Positions 1-12,845 are shown, numbered from the whole stretch's first letter. The stretch is 63,999 bases of DNA, filler included, from Sphacelaria rigidula (GCA_964200075.2; 5 parts of 5 records of this genome joined end to end with filler, not necessarily neighbours in it), one strand, 5' to 3'. The notes: generated by a model from the sequence alone, not told the origin. A program made the numbers and translations.

Positions 1-1101
1 CCAAGAACACAGCGAGTAAAGTCATGGAGAGGAAACTGATCGCGTGTGCAACAGAGCAGTAAACTGGTGGGATGAGGAAGTAAAAGAGGCAATCAGAGTA
101 AGGAGAGAGGCCCACGCGAGATGGATGTCGAGCAAAAGTACGGTAGGATGGAAGGAGTATACTAAATCTCGAGAGGAAGTAAAGAAGATGGTGTAGAAGA
201 AAAAGAAGGAAGTATGGAGAGGTGTCGTGAAGAAAACAAGGGTAGATTCCGACGGCGGGATGTAGCAAGTGTGGGTGGAGTTCAAAGGGATTATGGGAAA
301 CTAGGCAAGAAAGACAGACAAGGGGATAGCCACACTACGGGAACAGAACGGTAAAATGGTCAGCATTTCGAAGGTGAAGAGAGAAGCGCTAGTCGAGCAC
401 TACCGTAAACTAGGAACACCAAGAACTAACACGAAGTTCGACACGGAATTCGAAGAAACGATCAACGAGTGGGCAAAAGCAAATGTAGAGACGTCAAAAC
501 AGGAGGATAGTGGCTCGAAAGAATTGCAGAGAATGTACCAGACATGAGGTAAAGGAGTGCGTAGCTAAATTCAAGAACAAAAGGCGGCAGGACAGACGGA
601 ATAGTGAATGGATTTTTCAAGTATGGGGGGAAGGAATGATTACAATGATGGTTACGCTGCATAACTGGACATGGGGAAATGAGTACACACCCAAGAGGTG
701 GAGAGAAGGAGTAGTAGTCAATATTTTCAAAAAAGGAGACAAGGCTGACCCAGGGAACTATAGAGGGATAACGCTACTGAGCACGGTAGGGAAAACGTTC
801 GGTAAGATTCTGGACGATGGAAAAGGAACAATGCCAGGAAATGAAAAAATCAGCGAGGAACAGCCAGGTTTCAGACCAAACTGTAGTTGCGTGCATCATG
901 TGTACACACCAGGTAAGCTTATTCAAGGTAGGAAAGACGTCGGGTTGATAATGTACTGTTTTTTTCTGGACGTACATAAGGGCTCATGACACAGTATGGA
1001 GAAATGGGCTATGGAAAAAGTTGTGGGAAACTGGGATCAGAGGAAAGATATGGGAAATGGTGAAGATGACAGAATGTGCCAAAAGTGTTATTATGCTAGA
1101 C
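1..1101 (+). mobile_element. Degenerate non-LTR retrotransposon (LINE) ORF2 fragment, reverse-transcriptase N-terminal region
   Basis: Frameshifted pieces read WREGVVVNIFKKGDKADPGNYRGITLLSTVGKTF, ISEEQPGFRPNCS, CFFLDVHKG and DTVWRNGLWKKLWETGIRGKIWEMV, matching LINE RT motifs (NYRxIxLL, QxGFR, FLDxxKAYD). It has stops and frameshifts and lies antisense in the last visible USP intron. Confidence 0.9.
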
Positions 1102-1276
1102 GTACTCATTTGTTGCTTGCCTTCGTCATTTGACCATTGACCACGCATCCCTTTCGTAATGAGCGCCGAAATGTTGAAGGTGTCTCCATCAGGAGTAGGA
1201 AGGGTGCTTCGTCTCGAAAGGGATGCGTGGTTAATGGCCAAACGACGAAGGCAAGTAACAAATGAGTACCCCCCCC
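1102..1276. mobile_element. Head-to-head pair of LINE 3' ends forming a ~55-bp-arm inverted repeat
   Basis: 1102-1156 (gtactcatttgttgcttgcc...catccctttcg) is the near reverse complement of 1215-1269 (cgaaagggatgcg...aacaaatgagtac). A C-tract follows at 1269-1276. Confidence 0.85.
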
Positions 1277-1380
1277 AAAATCAACGCCCATGACAACCAG
1301 CTTTACATTCATCACAACCCTGCTCATTATGCAAACCATGAGCACTGCACCCCGTTGGCATCTAACCCCCCACCCGACAA

Positions 1381-1667
1381 CGTAATGAGCGCCGAAATTT
1401 GGAAGGTGTCTCATTAGGAATAGGAACGGTGCTCCGTCTGGAAAGGGATGCGTGGTCAATGGTCAAACCACTAAGGCAAGCAACAGACGAGTACGCCCTG
1501 CCCCCCCCCCGACCCGACGCGCCGAAAACATCACGGCGCTTCGTGCTCAGTGATTGGTTGCAAGCCTGGTCCAGCGAAAACCCAACTTGCTCCGCCCCGG
1601 TTTTGTAGCGATGCAAAGTCAATGGTCTTTTGACTACCGCATGCAAGATCATGAGTACACCTCCCCC
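1381..1667 (+). mobile_element. Two tandem 5'-truncated LINE 3' ends (family 1 at 1381-1510, family 2 at 1511-1667), each ending GAGTAC plus a C-tract
   Basis: The first matches 1155-1269. The second matches reverse-strand copies at 23804-23930 and 49658-49820. Confidence 0.8.
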
Positions 1668-1765
1668 GCACACCTCGTCCCCTTCCGCTCATCGGAAAAC
1701 ACCGAAAAACAACAACGGAGGTAACATGGCACAGAAGATATCGTACGTCAGAGGGATGGACTCAC

Positions 1766-4700
1766 CTCGGACTTCTTCAGCTCGGGCAAAGAGCTTTCCC
1801 TGATATCACTGTCGCTCGCGTGCTTCCACACATCGCCTTCTCGCACGTAGGCCACGTAGTGGCCGCCCGCCCGGTTTCCGATGTGTTGCACGATGCCGAA
1901 TAGTCGGTAACAAGTAGCGGAAGGCGACAGCGGGGCCTGCACAACAACACGCAGCCAGCATGTCACAACGCAACATCGACGTCTTTCACTGCAAGGACCG
2001 ACTCTTGCGTGACTCAAGAGGCTCGAGCTGTGAACAGGACACGGTACTCTTCTGCACGGTGGGAGGACAAGCGACAACACCGTCCGCAAAAATCGCACGC
2101 CTTCCATTTCCAGTGGCCTTCCAAAAAAAGACGCCACTTAGACCACCCACCCACGGGCGATTTTTCCGCAGATATGAGCTCCTAGCGTCCCGTGTTGCGT
2201 CTATAACTTGTACCTATTTCCAGAAACGCTATGCTGTACGGGGTGGGTTCAGAGAACAAGCAACAGTGAAGCGAAGCGAAAAAAATACATCCAAAATCGA
2301 CAAAAGCACGCAGTATTACACCTTCACCTTATTATACTCTTGCCCTTCTCGTGTCCCCGCACACATGCTAGGCCCTGACCTCACTGTCACCATCACCATA
2401 CTACTTCAAAGGCCACCCTGTTGCCAGCCGCGACCGCGGAGACTCTTACCTTCGGGTTTCGCCAGAAGTATGGAGCCATGTCGAGGTCGATCGGAAATTC
2501 CACGTGCTTCCGCACCTTGCTTTGCGCCTGAAGCCGTTTCAAGTGGCACACTAGTACCCCTGGCGGTTCCCCCAGCATTAAAATGCGTTTTCGAGCGTCC
2601 TGCTTCCCCGCTGGCACCTTTTCCTCCGTAGCATCTCTGGAATCTCCGCCCTCACACCCGGGAGTCCATTTTGCGGCATCTCTCGCTCCTGCCGCGGCCC
2701 GCCCCCCTGTCTCGGCCGCAGTTTGCTTTCGGCATTTCTCGCAGTCGTATCCGTTGCCTTCGGCGACCAACAGTTCTTCCTCCGCCACGAAGTGATCCAG
2801 GCAAGCGTACAGGTCGATCCCGGTGGACGGACCTACACCCCGACGCATCTCCGGTTCCCGCTTCCGCACCGATGGTTCCAGCAAGTGACTCAAAGGGCTT
2901 TCGTCGGCGTCCGCTTGGGCGTCGACGACGGGGATGCTGGTGGCAACTGCAGGCGTAGGAGGAGTGGGAAGCGAGGGGTTGTCCGTGGCTGTATAACTTG
3001 TATTTGTACTACACGGCGAGGCGTGAGCGGCTCTTCCCTGCTCTTCGCTACCATTGTCGCTGTTTTTGGCTTCCCCTGCAGGCGGGTCGGCGCCCCCGCT
3101 GGTCTTCCGTACACCCGTCTCCGCGGCTTTGCTTCCTACGCACGACGCTGGTGATGAATGAGTCTTCACACTTTCCGCGTTGTGTAAAGAATCCGGCTCT
3201 AGAATGACAGGAGTAGTACTTGCCGCTGTCACCGACGGGCAGTCCGCATCATCAACAACGCCAGCTGCCGCCGCACCTGTACTCTTTTGTCGAGTGTCTT
3301 CAACGATACGCTCCATCACCCCGTCGATGGCTGCACTTCCGAACGCACTACTGGTACCGCTGACGCCGTCCGTTATGTCCGTGTCCGCAGCTGCCCCAGT
3401 AGTACACCCAACCGAACTGTGATTCGAATCGCCTGATACACCACGTGCGGCTTTCGCCGCCCCGCTATTTCGCTTCGCTGCGTCCGCGGGTGCAGGTTCC
3501 GTTTCCGCCCCGTCGTTACTATTTCCACCCCTCGAGCCACTTCCTGCTGTTGTTTCTTTCCCTGCGCTTTTCTCGGCGCTATCGCCACCACCACTTCGGA
3601 GAGGGTCAAGTGTAGGACCAGCAACTTCGCACTCGCGGTCGCCGCAGAGAACAGCCTCGCCGGCAGTCAATGTCTTCTGGTTGTGGTGCAGAGGGTGACA
3701 GACGCCGTCTTCAAGACTTTTCCGCAAGGAAACATCCATGGCTGTTTCGCCGGCGTCGTCTGCTGTGCAGCTGTCGGGCGCCGCCGACTCGTCCTGGTCC
3801 GCACGACTCCTAGCATCTCCCGCTGTTGCGACAGCGACACGTGTGTCCGTGTCAAGTGTAGCCTCGTCAGTGACAGCACTACCATTGCAGCTGGTGTCAG
3901 TTGGTGACGCCGCCGCAGCCACCACAGGCGGCTTCCCCGCGCCAAGTGTTTTTTTCAGCACCCCATCATCCTGGCCGGATGTAGTACAAGCTTGCCGGAC
4001 GATGTATTCGAGGCAGTTGCGAACTTCTTCCTTTCGATCGTTTGCCGCAGCTGGCGCCTCCGCCAGGGTTACGACTGTGCTACCGCTCTTTTCGGGGGTT
4101 TCGGCGCCCGCTCCGTCCGGCTTGCTCTCTCCGTCACAGTTAGCCTTCTTCCGAGCTGCCTCACTTCCGGCTTCTTGCAGCTTCTGCCTTGAGCGTTCAC
4201 GCTCCATGCGGGCGCGCTGCGTATGGCGTATGCGAAGAAGGGTTCAAAAAGGATGGTATATGTGCTCAGCAGACACATCACGCCAAACGCCACGTTTATA
4301 GGTACAGCGACAACTAGGAATGGCAATGTGCAACGAACGACAACCACGTTGGAAAAAAATGGAGACTTCTGTTTTGCTCTCGCTGGCGTTGCACGCTGAC
4401 TGTGGTTTACCATCACGACCTATCGTTTTCAGGAGTGCTTCCTTCCAGTGGGGAAGAAAGAAATAAGTGCAAACTGAAGCAAATCGATAAGTGAACGAAG
4501 AGTGAAATTTTGTGAAGGAGAACCGTGTTGACCCAAACGCTGCAAGAAAGAGGAACACATTAAAGTAGACTGTTCGACAAACGAATAAAGCAAAACCGTA
4601 CGAGCTGGGCCAGCCGAGAAGCGAATTTGTAGCTTGCAGGCACATTAGCCGGCCAATATTTAGAGTTGGACCCTGAAATCTGGTATGGACAATGAATAGG

Positions 4701-7700
4701 GCATAATAAAAACAAGTACAAGTGCACACAAGTTCTTTCTTCCTTCATGAGTTAAGGGCACCGTACTGCGGGCAATTATCAGTTTTCAGGTATCAGTACA
4801 GTGCCCTTAACTCATGAAGGAAGAAAAAAACTTGTGTGCTTTTGTACTTATTTTTATTATGCCCTTTTCATTGTCCATACCAAATTTTAGGGTCCACCTC
4901 TAAATATTGGCCGATTAATAGGCCGTTTAGTGACGGGGTCAGAGGAAGTTCGGAACAGTATTTTGCAGGCCACTTTACCGGCCCACGTTTGGTGTTTGTG
5001 TATTGAAACTTTGTGTGGGCCCTCGCTAGGGCATAAATAACGAAACAAAGTGAGCCAGTTTTTTTTTTCTCTGGTGTAGGGCATTCAAGTATGGAAACGA
5101 CCATTTTTTCAATGAGAACGCCCGAACCTCTCCCCCCCGAAAAAATTGAGAACCCATTTTTGTTCTTTATTCAGTATACCTATGCCTTTTTTTATGCTTA
5201 GTTCCAAATCACACTTTGAAAAAATTGAGCTGAAAAATTGAGATAGGCCCGAGAGTAGTGTTCATTTCTCCTCAAAACTGCGCTAAAAACGGGGGGAGTG
5301 GGGATGAAAAAGCTGTTGTTCTTAGCTTTTCATTATGCACCATCGGTTCTCCATACGAAATTTCATAGCGTAACTCTCAAAAACTGAGACGCGATGTCCA
5401 GATTTAGTTCATCTAGTGCCTCTGCTCGAAATATTTTGATTCTAGTGTTGAAACATATGTGCACCATATCTCCAGATAGATGACGAATTAGGTGAAGGTG
5501 AGGATATCTATCGTCTCCCCGTGTTCCAGGGAATGTCCACACCAAAAATCGTCGTCACCCATTGGACGTATCGATCGCAGGTTTCATATAGATTTTAGTA
5601 CGGACGCTATCTCCCTTAGGTGAAGGAACTACTAGAGATGGGATTAAATCAACGAGAAAATATTGGCCCGGACTTTTGAGCAGATGGGCACCTTCCCCTT
5701 GATTAGACGATCAAGACGATGTGAGGACCATGGTCCGACTCGTCTGTGTCGATGAGATATTGCTTTGAGAGCTTAAATCCGTTTTCTAGGCTGGCCCAGC
5801 TCGTAGGTGATGTGAAAAACGACGATGTCAGAACCAACCATAGACCGAGGGATCACCTTCCTTTTCTCCTTCGCAGACAGCTCAAAATCTGCTAACCCCG
5901 CTAGTCTTCCGGTGGACCCTTTTCGATTGATCGCTGCCTGTTTTGCATCCGCTGCCGCTTTCCGCAACGCCGTCGTACTCGTCGCCACCTTTTTTTGCAC
6001 AGGAATCTCAAGGTTGAGACACACCGTCGGCTCCGTGCTGAAGGACCTCGCACTGCAGCGCCCACAAGTCACCACTGAGCACAGCTGCCCGCCAAACACC
6101 TCGGCAACCGCCGATTTTCTCAGTATCGGCGCCGTCGTCCCCTCCCCCTCCCCCTGCACTACCCTCTCACCTTGTGCAATCTTCGCCCGCGACACCCCCT
6201 CCTCCTCTTGTTTCTCGTGCTCTTGCTCACTGTCCTCCCGAGAGCCGCCGGTCGCTTCAGACGATGACTCTACCCCCCGTGCTTGTGATAGAGGTCTACC
6301 CAAAGCGTCGGTCGCGGCGGCTGCAGCAGTGGCTGAAGCCGTTACACGCTCCGTCCCGCTACCATCATCGTCTTCGTGATTACCCTCATCCGTCGTTTCC
6401 CCGTCATCGTCCGTGCCAGCCCCACTCTCCTCATCGCCGTCTTGGCCGACTGAAGGGTCGTCCTTGCTGCTCGTTCTTTTGCAACGACTATCGGACGACT
6501 CCGTCATATGCGTGGACCTTTTGCTGTCAGCTGTTTTCTCGCCGAACGACGGCGGTCTGCCCTGGGTTCCTACATCGCTGGCGCGCACGGTAGCCGCCGT
6601 TTTCGTCGTGTCTGCTGCCTCTTGCTCAGTTAACACCGAATCATCGGTTTCTCGCCCGAATGGCGCCAGGCGATCATCGTGGGTTATTTCGGATACAGGA
6701 TTTGGTGGCCGAGTCACCGAATCGGCAGTGATGGAGGGGACAAGTTGCCCTCCGGCAGGGTCTTCCTTGCCGGGTGACGAAAGATATATGGATGGTGTAT
6801 TTGGGCTCTGGTATCCGGCAAGCAGTTTCGTCGATGGCGATAACAAAGACGTCATAGTACTGCCAGCGATGACCTTGGCTGTACCTTCTTTTGGCGCAAT
6901 AACCGAACAGTCCGGGTCACCCGCCGAACGGAATCCTTCGTCCCCTGCCTCCAAATCCGGCGTGCCGGCGACCTGCGCAGACGGTCCGTCCTCCGATCGG
7001 CGAGAGCAGCCCTCCAGGGTGGGGGTAGCAGTACTGCCGGCGGGTAGTGCAACAGCGTCTACATCCGCAGCGACTGCTTCTGAACTGTGCTCTCTACTTC
7101 GCGCGGTGTCGGATCCCAACGAAGCAGTTTCACTACTACCGTTTGCGCCTTCTTCAGATGCCGTAGACGCAGCCGGCGTTGCCGAATCGACGGACGTCTC
7201 CCCTGAAGAAGACGGGCTTCGTGCACTCCCTTCATCGCTGGCGTCCGCAACATCATCACCCGTTCTAGATGTATTCACCTCGTCATCGTCAACAGCGCCA
7301 CCCCCACTCCTACTACCGTCGCCGCCACCAATACTGTCCTCTCCCGCTCCTCCGCCCGCGCCTACATCAGACGCGGCAGCACCTTTCTCCTGCTGTGGGT
7401 GGTCCTTCCCCGTACTTACGTCCTCGATTTTGGCCTTTTTCAAGTGACGCCTGTTGTACTCATCCTCTTCGTCTTCGAGAGTACCCAGCAGGTGCAGAAA
7501 CAGCTCGTGAGCGTCCTGTTGGTACTTGCCCTTGAATGTTGGATGGACTCTCTGCACGGCTTGGAGGAGTACCAATGGGTTGTACGGCCTGAAAAACAAA
7601 ACATTTAAAAATGACGGGGCAAGCAGTGTCGAACGTTGACGAACACGATCGACAACTACATACAGTGAGTCATGTGTTCCCTCCAAGGTGCACTGCACAC

Positions 7701-9797
7701 TCCTTGATGTACCCACTTCTTGCCGACCGTGAACTAACAACGCCTGAGCGTACTGCAGTCGGCGGTGGCAACGAGCAACGTAGCGAAACTACCCACCAGT
7801 GTATTTGTTATTCTGTGCGGATGACGCACAAGTCCATCAGATCAAAAAGCCATTTCACGGACAGGACTTCCTTCGGCGAGCTCCACATCGTATTCAACAC
7901 GCGAATGACTCAGATCACCACAAAAGCGACACACGGGTCACGTCAAAGTGTTTTTGCTGCTCATCGTCCTTTCCGGCGAGACCGATATCATGCGAATGGC
8001 ATGGCATAAGCGTTTATTAATAGTGCTATTATATGTTATCGACGCTAACACCCTCGAAAATGGGGGCAGCAGCCTCGTGGGTCACGCGAGTGAGCCACTA
8101 GGAAAAGAGCTGTACGTCCGTTTTTGTGTGCGGAAGGATGAGGATCTGCGAAGTACGAGGACACTCCGGGGACGGAACGGATGATGACCCCAAGTGACAC
8201 AACATCTCCTTGCAAAGAATATTCCCAGAGTCCCGCCAAGTGCAGGATATCCGACCGTGCTAAATAGGACGAGGACATGTTCTGATGGAGGAGGGTTAGG
8301 CGAGTTCGCCGTCACATCGCCGCTAACGTGTTCTGGACTTCACTGTAACTCTAACCATCACCAAGGCCCAAGACATACCAAGAACCCCCGTGCGAAGAAT
8401 ATATGAAGTACACGAATATCACGTCCTGGGCAAATTGTGCATTGGCACTTCTTGATCCTTTTGGTCTGGCGATGGAAAAGTGTGGATTTCGGGGTGCTGT
8501 TCTTTTATTACCGACATGTGGTTGAGTATTTACAGCTTTCACGAAAAACTACTAGCCTAAGCCGTGTTTTCAAGACCCGTATAAAAACGTGGCCCAGTGC
8601 CGCACGGAACTCCGTATATAGAAAATAGAAAGGTGGCGCCGATTTTTGTTTGTATAGACTTCAGGGGCGCAAGTGCTGATTTTGGCTCTGGGTGCAAACT
8701 TGAACCAACTTGAACCGTTGCGTCCCTCACTGGACGAAACAAATCTGACTGCACCGGGGTGGTATTTTTGGTGCGCGCACGACGTATGCTGGTGGATTCT
8801 TCTGTGGCCTTCTGCCGTGAAAACGGGTGCTGTCGTTTTTTTCGATTCCCATCGTCTTTGCTAGGGCTTCAAATAATGAGGCGTCTGGCCCGGGGACGGA
8901 AGGGGAGGGTTCCCAAAGGGTTAAATCGGTGATTGCAGCAAACCGCGTGCTGCGCATGATGGGAACGCGCGGGACTCTTCGCCCTTTCAAAATACTAACC
9001 TGACGATCCGACCCAAAATCAGGAACGTTTCAAAGGTGGAAATTTGCGGCGACCTCTCAAAACCTCAACTATGTTACTCACACTAGTTGTATCCTGTAGA
9101 TCGATACGGACACCTCCTACACGATGCAAAAAACCCCAGAGTGTTACGCTGGGAGAAAAAGTATTGTGTTTCCTTCCGAAATAAAGAAACAATTCGAACA
9201 CGTATGCTCATCACCTCTCTTTGGTCCCGTGTTTTCCGCCCGATTTCTTCCGCCCAGCCCCCGCTGTCCCATCCCCCAGCATCTCAAGCAGCACCCTCCT
9301 CAACGCCTTGTTCATCGGTCCGATGAACTCCCCCTTACGCCGCTCCGGGTCGGCAAAGAGAGCCTCGTGCAGCAGGCGCGTCTTGAAAACGTTCTGCAAA
9401 GCGGAGTTGAAGAAGCATGTGTTCCCGCTGTTGTGCAGACCTCTCGTCGGTAGCTCTCGTTGCGGATCCCACGGGTCCTTTGGCGGTCCCGTGCCCGAGG
9501 GCACAGCAGCCGCCGTGCTCATCTCATTCAAGGCCGCCGACGCCGCTAGTCGTGATTTTGATATAGTTCTTGGTACGTTCACACCACCGGCCCCAGGCGC
9601 CGATGTTGCGCTTATGCTTCCGTCCGGCGAGCTAGTCATGCTTTGCTTCGAGGCTTTCCTGGGGGTTTTCTTGTCTGCTGCTGGTGCTGCGTTGTTGCTG
9701 TTATTGTTCGTGCTGTTCGGCCGCAGCGGCTGTCCTACACTCTGCTTGTTGCCGCGGGCGGCTTGCTTGGCCTTCTTTTTGCTCGACTTCCTCGCCA
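1766..9797 (-). CDS. Ubiquitin carboxyl-terminal hydrolase (peptidase C19), USP16/USP45-like; spliced, 3' end off-window
   Basis: Exons with GT-AG sites and compatible phases: ~9797-9215 (Cys box RGLHNSGNTCFFNSALQ), 7588-5857 (QQDAHELFLHLL; FGGQLCSVVTCGRC; LNLEIP), 4216-2450 (CLDHFVAEEEL; YDCEKC; VLVCHLKRL; HVEFPIDLDMAPY) and 1936-1766 (YRLFGIVQHIG..GGHYVAYVR..WKHASDS). The start codon is unresolved. A donor at 1765 implies a final exon left of position 1. Confidence 0.93.
4601..5803. mobile_element. Non-autonomous Tc1/mariner-type DNA transposon (MITE-like), 1203 bp, in a USP intron
   Basis: Terminal inverted repeats CGAGCTGGGCCAGCC(G/T)AGAA at 4601 and, inverted, ending at 5803. Both are flanked by TA (4599-4600, 5804-5805). 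No transposase ORF. A solo copy of the TIR is at 59513-59528. Confidence 0.8.
4650..4913. repeat. Long inverted repeat (arms ~4650-4768 and 4794-4913, 25-nt loop)
   Basis: ggccaatatttagag...gagttaagggcaccgtactg pairs with cagtacagtgcccttaactc...ctctaaatattggcc, with only scattered mismatches. Confidence 0.92.
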
Positions 9798-11208
9798 CTA
9801 TTATTTTGAAGTGCACATATGTTGGCGATGTAGACGTCCGGCAGTACGCAGAAGGGAAGTTGATTGAGGTTGTGCTTCTCTTTTCGTCGATTCGTGAAAA
9901 CGTTTAGGTCGGGTCAGATGGGTCAAGACAGCAGGGGGGACATGTGGGATGCCTCATTTGTCAAATAAGTCAAATGCCGAATACACGGCCGTTCTTCCTT
10001 TCTCCCGTGACAACACAATACTACACAACTGTATCAGTGCTGTGCAGCGGTCGTGGGCGGGGGCTCGCCGAGGCGTCGAAAACTTATCGGAGCGAATCCG
10101 GGTGGTATGTCGAGACAGCAGTAGTAGCGGCTCACAGTGTCGGTAAACACAGCCTCTAACTGGTGGAGAAAACCGCAAAAAACCTCACAACAAAGCTATA
10201 ACCTTTTGCGCGCAACGCCGGGTTAGCAATAGCGGCAATCGCGGTATAAGTTTCTACGTGGCACACGTTTTATACAACGGGGGCGGCGTTGGTTTTGTCG
10301 AACTGCTGTCGGCTTGAGCCAAGTCTTCATGATACCTCATGTCGGCTAGTGCACAGTTAGTTACCGTACCGCACTAGTTATGCATTATATGGTCTACACA
10401 CGAAACAATCCAGATCAGACCCCGTAGAAAAACGTTAGTTTTTGCACCTTCGTAGTGGGAGACACCACCATCACCAAGTACCACTGCACGGCAGCAGCAT
10501 AAAGACGAAAGATGCGCTGCTCTACATCAGAACATCGTGCTCGCACCCCTCTAACCATGTATATCGGGGTTGATATGCATGTACTGCACAGATCAAAGGG
10601 AGCTACTTCTGCGCAGTTTAGTGGCATTTGATACGCAGTACAGTACAGACAGTACAGGATGGACAACCATGTTGTAGTACCAGTATTGGTCTCTGCAACT
10701 CACTTGTGTCTCCTTTCCTGTTTGCCGTTGGAGATCAAAGCATTCCGAACTTCTCTCGTCCTCAATTTCACACAGGTCACATGCGATTCGTAATTCTGGC
10801 AATTACTACTCACCCCTTCCTTTAGGGTACCAACGCGACACCAAGGACTCCTACTCTTTCTCTCACCTTGAGTGGCGGCAGCTGACTGCTCAGGTCCGCG
10901 ATCGATCAGTACGACAATTCATTTTCCATCATACTGAAGCTTAGATTTTTATTGTGAGTTTTGACGTTCAGTTGACCTGAAATAGGTGCATCTCCTAAAT
11001 TTGAGAAAAAACTAAAAATTTTACGGGGGTAGTTCACTCAATTTCTGGGGAACGGGTCTGCGCACGCCAACCCTACCTCTCCAGGTTGATGAGTCGCGGG
11101 TCTTGAAAATGCGAAGGTATCAAATAAAAGAGAAAAAAACTCACGAGTATCGCGTGTCAGCTCCTGTCGTTTGCGTGTCCGTTCTGTGGAAGATCTGCGG
11201 TACCAACA

Positions 11209-11837
11209 ATGCCACGGCGGAATCGACAAGGAGGATATCTATGTTGCTGTCGGCGTGAAATTCTCGCTGTTGTTTTTTCATTGGTGACATATGGTCGGTG
11301 CGTCACCGCCTTCGTGGTGTTGGGCAGCACCGCTAACCACCATGTGTTGCGGTTGCGAGCTCAAGTCCTTCAAGGTAGACATGGTCGAGTATCTCATGGG
11401 TGGACCGTATCTCCAGCAGCGGTTGAGACGTGGGGAAGGATCGCGATAACGTCATCAACTGGTAATATCAGTGCAATGCCAAATCCGCGCGACTCGTTGT
11501 GGCTCGTTTCGACGCCCCTTCATTCATCTAGCACAGCAAGAACAGAGGAGGAAAAAGAGAGCGAAGGAGCGAGTAGCAGCAGTGATGCGGCACATGCGGA
11601 AGACCCGTTTCGGCCCGAACGAGCGTCACTGGCACCGACGATCATCAACGCTCTGCGCAGGGTGCTTTTTCACGGAGAGAACGCAAGTACCGCAGCGACT
11701 CTGTGCTCGGAGCAGCGAGCGGTGAGTGACGACTGGAAATTGACGGATGACGAAAGGCAGACCGTGACGGCCAGAGTGTGTGGCGTGGCCGATAACTTGA
11801 CGGAGCTAAGATTTATGCTCGCTGCGGCTATTGGCAG
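11209..11837 (+). CDS. First coding exon of an uncharacterised, probably plastid-targeted protein
   Basis: ORF of 210 aa from ATG, ending at a strong donor (AG|GTAAGG). A hydrophobic signal-like stretch ILAVVFSLVTYGRCVTA-FVV resembles the stramenopile ASAF cleavage motif. It is followed by a Ser/Arg/Thr-rich transit-like region and a globular part (PTIINALRRVLF...DERQTVTARVCGV). Later exons were not found before the spacer. Confidence 0.65.
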
Positions 11838-12745
11838 GTAAGGATCGTGAGCGTACATACCGGAAGGAGACTTACTAGCGCAGAGTACCTACGCTTTACC
11901 CCACGTCCAAAGTGTCTAGTAACGGCCTATCTGACTGCCAGCTTCACCTCAGAACATTTTTGCTGTCCAACAGTACGGTCCAAAGGTATCCAGGCAATTT
12001 CCAGCGGCGTGTGTGGCTTTGACGGTGCGGTCGGGTTCATCATCGAGGCAACCTACAGTTTTGTTTGTATATCTTTGGTTGATTTTTTCGAACAAACTAA
12101 CAATATCGCTAAACCTAACCCTAACCCCGACCCAAGGCGTACGCGATCCTCGGGCAAGAGGGGTCCATGTGTTTCCCCAGGCAAAGTGTGCGTTGGCAGA
12201 CCTGAAATCGCCGCTGGCACCGATTTCGACAAAAACGCGTTCTGGACGAGCTGGGCCCACTGCTCACCTGTCCCGAACCATAATTTTCCCCAGAACTTTC
12301 TCAAGTCTAAAATCAAGTAGTCATCTTGTCAACCATAGAGATACGACAAAAACTCAGTCTAAGGCGAAAAACCCCCCCGATTATTTCGGAATAGAAACGG
12401 AGCTCCTTTTATCCCCTCGCGCACGGCTGCGACGCCCAATCCCAGCTCTAGACGCATGGACTTGTTGCTTGTGGTCTACATGAGATTGTAGCTGGGTTTC
12501 AGCGCATAGTAGTGACGACAGCGCGCGCACGACCGTGTCTCCTGATCTGAGCATCTCTACAGTTATGGGCGCGCGTGACCCCCCAAAATGAGCCAAAAAA
12601 GTGTCACCGACCAAAAGCACGAACAGACCGGAGATCTCGTTCACCCCCTGATTATGCACGCCGTAAAATCCCCCCAAGGACTTGTGATTTGAGTGGGGTT
12701 TCCACTCGACGATTTCCCATTTTCGTTGTCCCGGGCTACGAACCA

Positions 12746-12845
12746 NNNNNNNNNNNNNNNNNNNNNNNNNNNNNNNNNNNNNNNNNNNNTTAATTAATTA
12801 ANNNNNNNNNNNNNNNNNNNNNNNNNNNNNNNNNNNNNNNNNNNN
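12746..12845. other. Artificial contig spacer (N44-TTAATTAATTAA-N44)
   Basis: Six-frame stop linker flanked by Ns; identical spacers recur every 12843 nt. Confidence 0.97.

Noticed and set aside
5825-7447. Long plus-strand ORFs (184, 344 aa), and likewise 3738-4301 and 9221-9907
   Set aside because: Antisense shadows of GC-rich USP exons; low-complexity translations with no domains.
8045-8315. Possible extra USP exon
   Set aside because: The frame needed after the phase-2 donor at 9215 hits a stop, and direct splicing of 9215 to 7588 is already in frame.
12790-12801. TTAATTAATTAA palindrome recurring at a fixed interval, as a possible biological repeat or target site
   Set aside because: It is embedded in N-runs at exact periodicity: an assembly linker.
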